This document shows positions 49,108 to 57,414 of a stretch of 64,000 nt of DNA, piece after piece (position 1 is the stretch's first letter; every line of letters begins with the position of its first letter). The stretch lies in IMG/VR virus record IMGVR_UViG_3300028197_000002, one strand, 5' to 3'. The position numbers and the translations under genes are program-made. Below the pieces are notes generated by a model. The model saw nothing but the letters and a program-made list of their open reading frames with translations, had not been told where the DNA came from and did no database searches. This stretch comes from a virus. Its lineage: Duplodnaviria > Caudoviricetes.

Positions 49108-49350
49108 ATGAAGTATGTTACGTTTTTGCTTGTCCTGACTTTGTACGCTGCCTGCACCGGATGTGATGGCGGTAGTTCAGGCGGTAGTTCCACTTATACT
49201 AGCCGTAGCAGCAGTTCTGATGTAATGAGTGACAGCCACAGGTCTAATGTTGTAGATCACATGGTTGGTCAAGGTGCTAGTCGCTCTGATGCAGATGCTT
49301 TTACAAAAGCATTAAACGAAGCTCAACGAGACTATGAAGCGAATAAATAA
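49108..49350 (+). CDS. Putative lipoprotein with Ser-rich linker
   Basis: GAGG SD; AACTGC lipobox. Confidence 0.65.
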   Translation: MKYVTFLLVLTLYAACTGCDGGSSGGSSTYTSRSSSSDVMSDSHRSNVVDHMVGQGASRSDADAFTKALNEAQRDYEANK

Positions 49351-49382
49351 GCAAGGCTTTGTTGGTTGAACCTTGTTTGTAG

Positions 49383-49423
49383 AAGACTTGGCTAGTACGT
49401 TTCCACTAGCCAAGTCTTTTTTT
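49383..49423 (+). terminator. Intrinsic terminator
   Basis: AAGACTTGGCTAGT...ACTAGCCAAGTCTT followed by T-run. Confidence 0.85.
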
Positions 49424-49454
49424 AAAAAAAATCAAAGTAGTTTCTGGTAGAGAT

Positions 49455-49889
49455 ATGCAAGTAAAAGTCGGCAATGATATCGTCAGCATAAAAGAATCCC
49501 CAGTCACTGCTATCTTTCATCAGTTAGATCGCAAGATTGAGTATCCTGATTGTATTGAGATAACTCACATTTCGAGTTTAGATCATTACAACAAGTTAGC
49601 TGAAATAGAGCCAGTGGTCGTTCTTCTTTGGAAGATTGTTTTTCCTGACTTTGATAAAGAAGTAACTAAAAAGTCTCTTGATCTGTGTGCTGAAGGGCAT
49701 CAAGCATTAGCCGGAAGAATTGATTTGACTTTGAGATTGATGCTCCAGAAGAAAAAATTTATGTGGAAGTTTCCAGAGACAATGATTAACCCTTGTCATG
49801 CTGTGAACTTGGGAGATTTAGTTATAACTTTCTCTCAACCAGAAACATTGAGAAAGTATTACGAAGAATCTATGAAGATGACAAAATAG
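49455..49889 (+). CDS. Hypothetical protein (probably leaderless mRNA)
   Basis: ATG 6 nt after promoter motif 49438-49449. Confidence 0.65.
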   Translation: MQVKVGNDIVSIKESPVTAIFHQLDRKIEYPDCIEITHISSLDHYNKLAEIEPVVVLLWKIVFPDFDKEVTKKSLDLCAEGHQALAGRIDLTLRLMLQKKKFMWKFPETMINPCHAVNLGDLVITFSQPETLRKYYEESMKMTK

Positions 49890-50026
49890 AACTAACTTTT
49901 GTGTAAGGAGACACGAATGGACTTAGATAATTTTGCTTGGTACTGGATCGTTATTGTTTTAATGCTCCCAGTAGGTTACTTTGTCGATAAGACGCTTGGT
50001 TTTTTTGATGACACGGAGGTTAAGAA

Positions 50027-50209
50027 ATGATTGAACAACACATCGGAAAAGAAGAATACTATCGTAAGTTTAAAAATCAAGAAATTAAAAATATAATTAA
50101 ACTATTGATTGTTTCATTTATTTTAGGATCTGTTCTCACACTTATATTTCATTTCGCGGAAGGTGAACGACATACTGATCCTGATTATGTAATAAATAAT
50201 AAAAAGTAG
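50027..50209 (+). CDS. Small membrane protein
   Basis: GGAGG SD; one hydrophobic helix. Confidence 0.55.
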   Translation: MIEQHIGKEEYYRKFKNQEIKNIIKLLIVSFILGSVLTLIFHFAEGERHTDPDYVINNKK

Positions 50210-50337
50210 TTTCTGGTAATAATGGATACGGTGTGAGACAGAATGACGTTATGCGAAAGTCTCACAGGAAACCATAACCCCTGATACGGGCGATGTGCCT
50301 ACGTCCTATTTCATCCAACTCTAGCTAAAGGAAACAA

Positions 50338-50691
50338 ATGCAAACCTACCTAGAACCAACAGATCCAGGTGCTTTTCTTGATTTTACAAAGAAAGAAGCA
50401 AAACCTGAGTATGGATATACAGAAGAATGTCCAAAGTGCATGGGTTATGGTGGATGGAATGCAAAACTCAATGCTTATCCTTTGCATCATCGTGAGGATA
50501 CTGCTGAGAATCGTCATAATCATAGACACTTTCGACAAAGTTGCTATCACTGTAGCGGTTGGGGATTCGTAAGACCAGAAGATGCCGACCATGTGCATGA
50601 TTGGCAACATGTAAAAGTTTTAGGCAACTGTCTGAATCTGTATGAATGCTCTGTTTGCAATAAAAAATGGCAAGTAGATAGCTCAGGTTGA
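50338..50691 (+). CDS. Multi-CxxC zinc-finger protein
   Basis: CPKCMGYGG, CYHCSGWG, CSVC. Confidence 0.7.
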   Translation: MQTYLEPTDPGAFLDFTKKEAKPEYGYTEECPKCMGYGGWNAKLNAYPLHHREDTAENRHNHRHFRQSCYHCSGWGFVRPEDADHVHDWQHVKVLGNCLNLYECSVCNKKWQVDSSG

Positions 50692-50976
50692 TTTATTATT
50701 TATTTTAAATAAATTAAAAGTAGTTTCTGGTAAAGCTAGAGTTCGATTCCTAGCTAACTAAGGAGAAACGACATGGCTGAAGAAATAAAAAATGTTTTCG
50801 CAGAGTTAATAGTTCGTGTAAAATAAAAATTAAGCACTATTTTATAATTGTACCAACACGAACGAGTAATAATAAACGTGGTTAGGCCAGTAACGTGTTG
50901 ATAATAAAAATAAAGTCTGGCGGGAATGGTATCCTCCCTCACTAGAACGGGCCTTTCCAAACAACAAGGAGAATAA

Positions 50977-51180
50977 ATGTCTATTCATAACGAAGACATG
51001 CAAGAACTTAGAAGACTCGCTGCAAATACTTACGAGCAAGACAAAAGCAATCAAATTCAAAGAATACTACAAGGTATAAATAATTACCAGAATACTATTT
51101 CAAGTTTAACTCGTGAAAACAAAGATTTGAAAAATCAATTAAAAAACTTGAAAGATAGCTGCTGCCCTGATGAAGAATAA
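50977..51180 (+). CDS. Small coiled-coil protein
   Basis: AAGGAG SD. Confidence 0.6.
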   Translation: MSIHNEDMQELRRLAANTYEQDKSNQIQRILQGINNYQNTISSLTRENKDLKNQLKNLKDSCCPDEE

Positions 51181-51292
51181 GCACAAAAATAACAAATAGA
51201 AAACATTCGAGTATAAATTTGTTGTTTCTTAAGTTTCTTTTATAATAATTAAAATTTAACCTTTAAATTTTAATTATTCTTGACCTTTATCC
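51181..51292 (+). repeat. GCACAA-TTGACCTTTATCC module (99-bp spacing)
   Basis: 13-mer at 51280-51292, 14 nt before tRNA-Tyr. Confidence 0.85.
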
Positions 51293-51305
51293 TGCGTGCT
51301 AAGTG

Positions 51306-51387
51306 GGGGAGTTTCCCGAGCGGTCAAAGGGGTCAGACTGTAAATCTGATGGCAGCGCCTTCACAGGTTCGAATCCTGTACTCCCCA
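51306..51387 (+). tRNA. tRNA-Tyr(GUA)
   Basis: TCAGA-CTGTAAA-TCTGA arm, variable arm, GGGGAGT/ACTCCCC acceptor. Confidence 0.92.
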
Positions 51388-51414
51388 TTCTCCCTCATAC
51401 ACCGATTAAATGCG

Positions 51415-51543
51415 CAAATGCCTGATATCAAAGGACTTAGCTAAAGAATTCTTTTGGATATTAGTGCTAAGTCCTTTGCTATCAACAACTTACGTGTTTT
51501 CAAACTCTTGGAAGGTCGTAAGTCCTTTGTTATCAACAACTTA
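51415..51543. repeat. Three copies of a 25-bp imperfect palindrome TAAGTCCTTTG(N)TATCAACAACTTA
   Basis: 51468-51492 and 51519-51543 direct (24/25 identical); 51415-51439 inverted and partial. Confidence 0.8.
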
Positions 51544-51648
51544 CATCGTTTCCGACAAAAAACATACTCAAAAACAACAAATTAAATAATAAAAAATAAT
51601 TAGTAGTTCACGGTAAAGGTATCAACTTCAACAACTCAATCAAGAAAG

Positions 51649-52198
51649 ATGGGCAGCAGCTATCGGCTACACTCAATACTGGCAAAAAGATAACGACCTC
51701 GATCAAAAAACTTGGAATGAAAAGCTTATTCCTGTTTGCAAAGAAATTATAAAGATGTCAGAAGTTCCATTGGGCGATGCAATGGGAAATAAACCTGAAA
51801 AGTCTGCTAGTACAACTTTCATGGGTTTAATTTGCGACAATGAACATTTAATTTTTAATGGACTTGATGGTGACTCTCACGAAACTTTTGATTTTTCAAG
51901 AACAAAAGATACGTGGCTCCTTCGCTCACCAGAAGGCCCGGACTTTAGCTTTTGCAAAACAGCAAGAAAACCATATGACAAAGTTATTGTCGCAATTTTG
52001 AAGTTGGCCGATCATTGTTTTGAAGGCTTTAGTTGGTCTAGTGATGGTGGCGAAGATGAACATAAAGAAGGAACAATTCTTTTAGTTGATGCGTTGACCA
52101 CATTTGCAGCACGAAAAGCACTAGAAGCTAATGACGATGAATTTTCTGGAATAACAGAACTGCAAAACAAAGTTGTTCTAGATGCTGCTATTAAATAA
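51649..52198 (+). CDS. MGYTxYW...FCKTARKPYD-family protein with frameshifted start (track start 51755)
   Basis: GYTQYW encoded in frame upstream of 51755 but separated from ATG 51649 by a 13-nt insert. Confidence 0.55.
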
Positions 52199-52265
52199 TA
52201 AAAATTAGAAGTAGTTTACGGTAAAGGTATCAACCAACCAACCAACTAACTGAAAGGGAAGTCAA

Positions 52266-52643
52266 ATGGAATTCTACCGTCACTTTACCGGAACAACTTA
52301 CACAAGCGGTGTCCAACAACTTGCAGAAAAGAAAAGTGCCTATTGGATTATTGATGCAATATCAAGTCATGTAGTAGCAAACTCAGAGTTTAAGAAACGA
52401 TGCTCTACAGATCCAATGTTTGAAGATATGCAAATTTGGATTCTTAAAAAGAAGCAAGATGGAGCAAAACTTATCGCTGTCGCTGATACAGTGCGAGAAG
52501 AACTAAACGCTCCAACTTGTGAACAAGAAATTGAATTCACGGACTTTGAGTTTGGAGAAGATGAAGAAATTAAGTTTTATTGCGCAAGAAACTACGACGG
52601 AGACAAACCTTTTTACACAATCATGAGGCCAAGAGAATATTAA
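52266..52643 (+). CDS. DUF6876-like protein
   Basis: YTSGVQQLAEK.SAYWIIDAISSH...QEIEFTDF. Confidence 0.7.
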   Translation: MEFYRHFTGTTYTSGVQQLAEKKSAYWIIDAISSHVVANSEFKKRCSTDPMFEDMQIWILKKKQDGAKLIAVADTVREELNAPTCEQEIEFTDFEFGEDEEIKFYCARNYDGDKPFYTIMRPREY

Positions 52644-52677
52644 TTAAAAAGACCTCCTATTAACGTAGGAGTTGGTG

Positions 52678-52712
52678 AAGCCAGACTAGGATCATACCCT
52701 AGTCTGGTTTTT
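52678..52712 (+). terminator. Intrinsic terminator, same sequence as 46673
   Basis: About 40 nt identical including upstream GTTGGTGAAG. Confidence 0.8.
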
Positions 52713-52730
52713 CTTTATGCAAATGAAAAC

Positions 52731-52743
52731 TTGACCTTTATCC
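52731..52743 (+). repeat. TTGACCTTTATCC 13-mer
   Basis: Exact copy. Confidence 0.85.
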
Positions 52744-52823
52744 GCCGTGCATTCATTAAATAAAATTTAACAAGTTAGTTTATGGTAAAAGTAGATCAAC
52801 TAACAACGAGTAAGGAGACTCAA

Positions 52824-52988
52824 ATGTTTACTGCAATTTTAATTTGTGTATCAAGTTTTGTTGGATACGAAGGAATTGAAGATTCAAAGGTATATTTCGG
52901 AATCTATACAAAGAGTGCCGAATACGGAATGGTTTGCGATACAAAAAATAAAACCATATATTGTGATGTAATTTGTATTAAAAAATAA
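52824..52988 (+). CDS. Small hypothetical protein (start revised from 52782)
   Basis: AAGGAG SD before ATG 52824; the track start lies inside the promoter motif. Confidence 0.6.
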   Translation: MFTAILICVSSFVGYEGIEDSKVYFGIYTKSAEYGMVCDTKNKTIYCDVICIKK

Positions 52989-53035
52989 TTATTAGTTTAT
53001 GGTAAAGGTATCAACCAATCAAAGGAACACGCTGA

Positions 53036-53464
53036 ATGAAAAATTCATGGTACGGAATCGAAAATGAACTTGCTATTGAACTTTATGAGAAAGAAGGAAA
53101 AATTTATTCTTGTGACGACGACAAAATGATTCCACAAATCAATCTTTCAATGGTTCCTAACATTAAAAAAGAAAGTTATGAACTTGTGATTGAATTTGAA
53201 TCGTCAGGCTACTCAGACCAAGGAAGAATATACGGACAACCAGAAGATTGCTACCCTCCAGAATACGAAGATGAAAGAACTTTCAAGAACGCTTATTTAA
53301 CATGGCATCCAGACGAAGATACAAAAAAAGCAGTTCCAAGTATGGAGCAAGGAGAAACTGTAGAGTTAGACAAAGTTCTAGGTGAAAGTTTGTTTGATCT
53401 TTTTGAAAATGAAATAGGCGAAGTAGAATTTGAAACCTCTGATGAGGATGGATGGTATTTTTAA
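53036..53464 (+). CDS. Acidic hypothetical protein
   Basis: Own promoter at 52993. Confidence 0.7.
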   Translation: MKNSWYGIENELAIELYEKEGKIYSCDDDKMIPQINLSMVPNIKKESYELVIEFESSGYSDQGRIYGQPEDCYPPEYEDERTFKNAYLTWHPDEDTKKAVPSMEQGETVELDKVLGESLFDLFENEIGEVEFETSDEDGWYF

Positions 53465-53530
53465 TTAAATAATAAAAAAGCCAGAGTAGTTCATGGTAAA
53501 GATATCAACCAACTTTCAACGGAGTGAAAA

Positions 53531-53695
53531 ATGGAATTTGAAGTTATGATTAGAAACAGCATTGTTAAATGTAAAGGCGATGCTTCCACAATGTTTGCTA
53601 TCTTGAAAAGTCTCAAAGAGAATAACAAAGAACCTAAGTTTAGAATTTGGGACGAAGAATTAAACGACCTTACTTGCTGGCAGGATGTACCATGA
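53531..53695 (+). CDS. Small hypothetical protein (54 aa)
   Basis: GGAG SD after promoter at 53487; ATGA overlap with next ORF. Confidence 0.6.
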   Translation: MEFEVMIRNSIVKCKGDASTMFAILKSLKENNKEPKFRIWDEELNDLTCWQDVP

Positions 53696-53832
53696 ATTTC
53701 ACTAGACTACTAAATCTTGTTGCCTATGGGCAAGTTCCTGTTAAGCCAAGGGACATCTCTCCCTTCCGATGGAACGCTATGGTTAAATGTGTCCGAACCT
53801 ATATGAAGGAGAATAAAATTGAAAGCGCCTGA
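53692..53832 (+). CDS. Small hypothetical protein (start revised from 53647)
   Basis: MNFTRLLNL... Confidence 0.5.
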   Translation: MNFTRLLNLVAYGQVPVKPRDISPFRWNAMVKCVRTYMKENKIESA

Positions 53833-54022
53833 AAACCTAAGTCAGAAAGAATGTGATATGGAACTGGCAAACCTAAGAGAATGTTTGCAAGATGATGTTC
53901 TCACTTATTTTGGTGGATACGAAAATAGTATCCCTTTTACATACACTAACGAACAACATGAAACTTTTATCGACGATATTTGTGGAATAATTGTTAGCAA
54001 AATTAACGAGCAAATTAAATAA
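53819..54022 (+). CDS. Hypothetical protein
   Basis: AAGGAG SD, TTG start. Confidence 0.55.
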   Translation: MKAPENLSQKECDMELANLRECLQDDVLTYFGGYENSIPFTYTNEQHETFIDDICGIIVSKINEQIK

Positions 54023-54084
54023 AATTTAATGAGTTAGTTTATGGTAAAGGTATCAACCAACTCCGGCAACTAAGAGAGAAACAA

Positions 54085-54273
54085 ATGCCAAACCAGCAAT
54101 TTAGTTTAGAAGTTATTCAAGAAGCTATGGAAGATTACACTGGCTTTTGTATCAAGTGTGGTGCAGAGCGAGATAGTTGTGAACCTGATGCCCGCGAATA
54201 TGAGTGCTATGAGTGTGAAGAACACACAGTCTATGGTGCTGAAGAACTTTTGATAATGGGCTTGGTAAGTTAA
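54085..54273 (+). CDS. Zn-ribbon protein
   Basis: GFCIKCGAE...CEPDAREYECYEC...VYGAEE. Confidence 0.7.
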   Translation: MPNQQFSLEVIQEAMEDYTGFCIKCGAERDSCEPDAREYECYECEEHTVYGAEELLIMGLVS

Positions 54274-54279
54274 AACCTT

Positions 54280-54391
54280 GCACAAATACAAGCCTACCTT
54301 GCAATATCTCTCGCAAGGTAGGCTTTATTATCTTTTCTTTATATTTATTATATTTTGACCGCTAAATTTAGATCTGTCTTGACCTTTATCC
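54280..54391 (+). repeat. GCACAA-hairpin-TTGACCTTTATCC module (99-bp spacing)
   Basis: Hairpin AAGCCTACCTTGC/GCAAGGTAGGCTT at 54290-54326; 13-mer at 54379. Confidence 0.85.
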
Positions 54392-54451
54392 AAACACTCT
54401 GATTAAATAATAAAAAAATAGAAAGTAGTTTACGGTAAAGGTATCAACCAA

Positions 54452-54495
54452 GCGGTGAGGCAGAGAAGTTCACTCAACCACACTCCCCTCACCGC
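54452..54495 (+). promoter_or_regulatory. Structured 5' leader, copy 1
   Basis: GCGGTGAGG/CCTCACCGC stem; 41/44 identical to 57356-57399. Confidence 0.65.
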
Positions 54496-54515
54496 ACTCA
54501 ACCAAAGGAAACGAA

Positions 54516-54734
54516 ATGGACAACCAGATCACTCTTAACCTTGAATCTATCAACCTCCACATCAACCCACTTGGTTTCTACTTGGAATACAATGAACCAG
54601 ATGGTGAAGGTGGCGGAGATGAATACGAATTGTTCAGTAATGAACATAGTCTTGGAATTACCGGAGTGTACGAAACACTTGAAGAAGCATTAGTTGATTG
54701 TCGAGAAGTTGTAAACGGAAACAATCCATTATAA
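54516..54734 (+). CDS. Acidic hypothetical protein
   Basis: AAAGGA SD. Confidence 0.65.
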   Translation: MDNQITLNLESINLHINPLGFYLEYNEPDGEGGGDEYELFSNEHSLGITGVYETLEEALVDCREVVNGNNPL

Positions 54735-54798
54735 TTTAATTATAGAAAGTAGTTTATGGTAAGAGTATTAACCAACTAACCCCTAAAGGAAACTAAAG

Positions 54799-55032
54799 AT
54801 GCCAATTACAGTTCATGAAAATGGTGGAATGAGTATCACCGGCGAAGATGGAATGTTTGCTTTCAGACTGAATATGGTTTATCGCGGACTTAAATTGCAA
54901 AGAGATACAGGGATGCGATTGACTGGAAAGGTATCGACCCTGAAAGCAGCACGGGATATGGGCTTTGTTGGCCGAACGTGCAAAACTCTTATCAAAGATA
55001 TTGAATCGAAATACCCACAATTAAAAGGTTGA
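54799..55032 (+). CDS. Hypothetical protein
   Basis: Own promoter at 54750; AAAGGA SD. Confidence 0.65.
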   Translation: MPITVHENGGMSITGEDGMFAFRLNMVYRGLKLQRDTGMRLTGKVSTLKAARDMGFVGRTCKTLIKDIESKYPQLKG

Positions 55033-55047
55033 TGGTTGAAAAAGAAT

Positions 55048-55090
55048 GAGACTAGGGGATCAAAAAAATTCCCTAGTCTCAAACTTTTTT
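55048..55090 (+). terminator. Intrinsic terminator
   Basis: GAGACTAGGG/CCCTAGTCTC followed by T-run. Confidence 0.75.
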
Positions 55091-55199
55091 CCGGACAAAC
55101 TAAAAAACGTCCCGTTACTATCTCTTAGCAACAGATAATTAATTAATATTAGTTTGTTGTAAGAGTATCCAATCAATTCAATAAAAGGAAAAACAACGG

Positions 55200-55775
55200 A
55201 TGCGTGTTCACTTAAACACTTTTTGCAGCGACAGACAAACAGAAGAATCACCACTCACTCACTGGGAAGTCAGCAACACTCGATTGATCGAGCTTGCAGA
55301 AGCAGAAGTAGAAGCAGGTAGAACAAAAGCAGGATACCGTGATGGTGTAGTGCTTGTGAGTGTCGATCCGGCTGGCTTCAAAACCGGCGTTGTGGAATTA
55401 GAAAATGGCGATAAATTAATTGGCGAATTTAAGAGTAGAAGGGAAGGTGAAGATCCTAGATCCAGTATCAACGTAGATCGTAAGGAATGGTTTTCACAAG
55501 TAGATAGAAAGCAGTCTGCCAAAATAGTAGAAGTAGTATTGTATAGTCACAGCGTACTAGCAGAAGGTAACGAAAACGAAACCGATGCTGACTACGAAAT
55601 CGTTAGTGTGAATGGTCATCCTACAAATGAACCAGCACCAATCGCTCCAGAAACACTAATGCATAATCACTTTGGTAGTGATGGTGGAACAGATACCGGA
55701 ATGACCGCTGAACAATTTGAAGCAGCCATGAAAGAATCTTTCAACTACTGGAAAAATAAAGCAATGCTTTGTTAA
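55200..55775 (+). CDS. Conserved phage hypothetical protein
   Basis: AGYRDGVVLV...VVLYSH...YEIVSVN. Confidence 0.7.
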   Translation: MRVHLNTFCSDRQTEESPLTHWEVSNTRLIELAEAEVEAGRTKAGYRDGVVLVSVDPAGFKTGVVELENGDKLIGEFKSRREGEDPRSSINVDRKEWFSQVDRKQSAKIVEVVLYSHSVLAEGNENETDADYEIVSVNGHPTNEPAPIAPETLMHNHFGSDGGTDTGMTAEQFEAAMKESFNYWKNKAMLC

Positions 55776-55782
55776 AAACCTT

Positions 55783-55894
55783 GCACAAATTTTAACCCTG
55801 AGTTGTATCCCTCCCGCAACTCAGGGTTTATTATCTTCTCTATATAATTATTATATTTTAACCCTTAAATTTTAACTCGTCTTGACCTTTATCC
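55783..55894 (+). repeat. GCACAA-hairpin-TTGACCTTTATCC module (99-bp spacing)
   Basis: Hairpin AACCCTGAGTTG/CAACTCAGGGTT at 55794-55830; 13-mer at 55882. Confidence 0.85.
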
Positions 55895-55985
55895 AAGCGC
55901 GAGCGTGATGCAATGAAAAGAAAGCAGAATTAAATAATAAAAAATCCAGAGTAGTTCATGGTAAAGGTATCAACCAATCAAACTT

Positions 55986-56531
55986 TTGAAAGAATCAACA
56001 ATGCCTACTCTCACTAAAACCCAACTCGTCGATCACTTGATGAACCTTAAAGGTGCAAAGTTCACCACCATCGTGGCAGAAACAGATCCTCGAATGAGGA
56101 AAACCGGAAACCCTTACGTTGGGGCAACTAAAGTTAGTCGCGTAAATGGTGTGGTGAACTGGATTTACCAAAACAGCGTCAACAATCAACGATGCCGTGA
56201 AAACCAACCACTAGACAATGCGGGCGAAGTAGAACACTTCTCACCGGAACCTAGACGATGGGGAACACGCCTAAAGCATGAAACCGGCCATGTTGCTCCA
56301 TTGGTAGAGCATAAGGGCAAACACTACCTAGAACTAAAGGTAGAGCGTAGCCTAGGATACGAATATAAATTAAACGGGGAAACATTAGACCCGCAAAACG
56401 TTGCTGAGTTCCTGCCTAAACGTAAGGAAGGGGCAAGACAGAAAGTAGAAAACCCTGTAGTGTTGCGTGATTACTCTATCGAGAATATCAAGCAAATCAC
56501 AATCGACAGCGTGATCTACGAAATAGAATAA
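55986..56531 (+). CDS. Hypothetical protein, close paralog of 46130-46660 (likely start ATG 56001)
   Basis: MPTLTKTQLVDHLMNLKGAKF versus MPTITKNQLVDRLMNLRGAKF. Confidence 0.8.
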   Translation: MKESTMPTLTKTQLVDHLMNLKGAKFTTIVAETDPRMRKTGNPYVGATKVSRVNGVVNWIYQNSVNNQRCRENQPLDNAGEVEHFSPEPRRWGTRLKHETGHVAPLVEHKGKHYLELKVERSLGYEYKLNGETLDPQNVAEFLPKRKEGARQKVENPVVLRDYSIENIKQITIDSVIYEIE

Positions 56532-56543
56532 GGTTGATGGTTG

Positions 56544-56582
56544 AAAGCTAGGCTAGGATCATACCCTAGCCTAGCTTTTTTT
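56544..56582 (+). terminator. Intrinsic terminator, CTAGGATCATACCCTAG family
   Basis: AAAGCTAGGCTAGG/CCTAGCCTAGCTTT. Confidence 0.8.
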
Positions 56583-56608
56583 AATTTATTTTTATTTTTT
56601 TATATCAC

Positions 56609-56621
56609 TTGACCTTTATCC
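56609..56621 (+). repeat. TTGACCTTTATCC 13-mer
   Basis: Exact copy. Confidence 0.85.
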
Positions 56622-56714
56622 AAGCGCGATGTGATAGAATTAAATAATAAAAAATAGCAGTTAGTTTATGGTAAAGGTATCAACCAACCTTCCTTCCTTT
56701 TTTAAGAGTCAACC

Positions 56715-57086
56715 ATGAAAGCTAAATACTTCATCCAACTTGCTGGTCAATGCGATTCTTTTCACGCTGAGTTCGATTCCCTTCCTGATCGTGGCGAAAG
56801 TTTGTGTGATCTTCAAGTTAGCCAAGCTGCTAGAGGCTATCGTTGCGTGGAATTAGTGTTGAGCATCTACGGATGGACGGTGCGTTATAATAGCGGATTG
56901 CAAGATCGAGCTATCCTTTACCGTTCAAAAGATAAAGATCCGGCCAAAGCATTGGAATATGCTCTGGAGTACGTTAGTTTTGATCCAGCTCACCGTGAGG
57001 CCAATGTTAGAATCAGTAGCGTGGAACGGTGCGAGAAGCAAGGGTATGATTGCCAATGTCTTAGGGGTTATCAGCAAGCTATATAA
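56715..57086 (+). CDS. Hypothetical protein
   Basis: Own promoter at 56662. Confidence 0.65.
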   Translation: MKAKYFIQLAGQCDSFHAEFDSLPDRGESLCDLQVSQAARGYRCVELVLSIYGWTVRYNSGLQDRAILYRSKDKDPAKALEYALEYVSFDPAHREANVRISSVERCEKQGYDCQCLRGYQQAI

Positions 57087-57092
57087 ATCCTT

Positions 57093-57204
57093 GCACAAAA
57101 TTTAATGCCTATCTTGAATAAAATTTCAGGATAGGCATTTATAAGTTTTGCTTTATATAATTAAAATTTAACCTCTAACTTTTAATTAGTCTTGACCTTT
57201 ATCC
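57093..57204 (+). repeat. GCACAA-hairpin-TTGACCTTTATCC module (99-bp spacing)
   Basis: Hairpin AATGCCTATCTTGA/TCAGGATAGGCATT at 57104-57140; 13-mer at 57192. Confidence 0.85.
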
Positions 57205-57355
57205 TAGCGCACAATCTTTACAATCAATCAAGCTAGGCCGCAATCGTTCCTTATATATACGCAATCGGTTTTCCAGCAATAAAATTAAACATAGAAATTA
57301 AATTAAATTCAATCATAAAATTTTGAGAGTAGTTTACGGTAAAGGTATCAACCAA

Positions 57356-57399
57356 ACGGTGATGCAGAGAAGTTCACTCAACCACACTCCCCTCACCGT
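57356..57399 (+). promoter_or_regulatory. Structured 5' leader, copy 2
   Basis: ACGGTGA/TCACCGT stem; terminal pair covaries with copy 1. Confidence 0.65.
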
Positions 57400-57414
57400 T
57401 AACCGTTTCCTTTT

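Noticed and set aside
50224-50320. Hammerhead ribozyme or fluoride riboswitch
   Set aside because: CTGATA, GAAA and GGCGATG...GCCTAC fragments occur in the wrong order or lack the required stems.
50734-50755. T-loop-like hairpin AGCTAG-AGTTCGATTC-CTAGCT as a tRNA remnant
   Set aside because: No other tRNA arms, and the inferred start site (50738) would cut the 5' arm.
50876-50960. Pistol ribozyme (CGTGGTTAGG resemblance)
   Set aside because: The P1 partner CCACG and the conserved UAAAUAG linker are absent.
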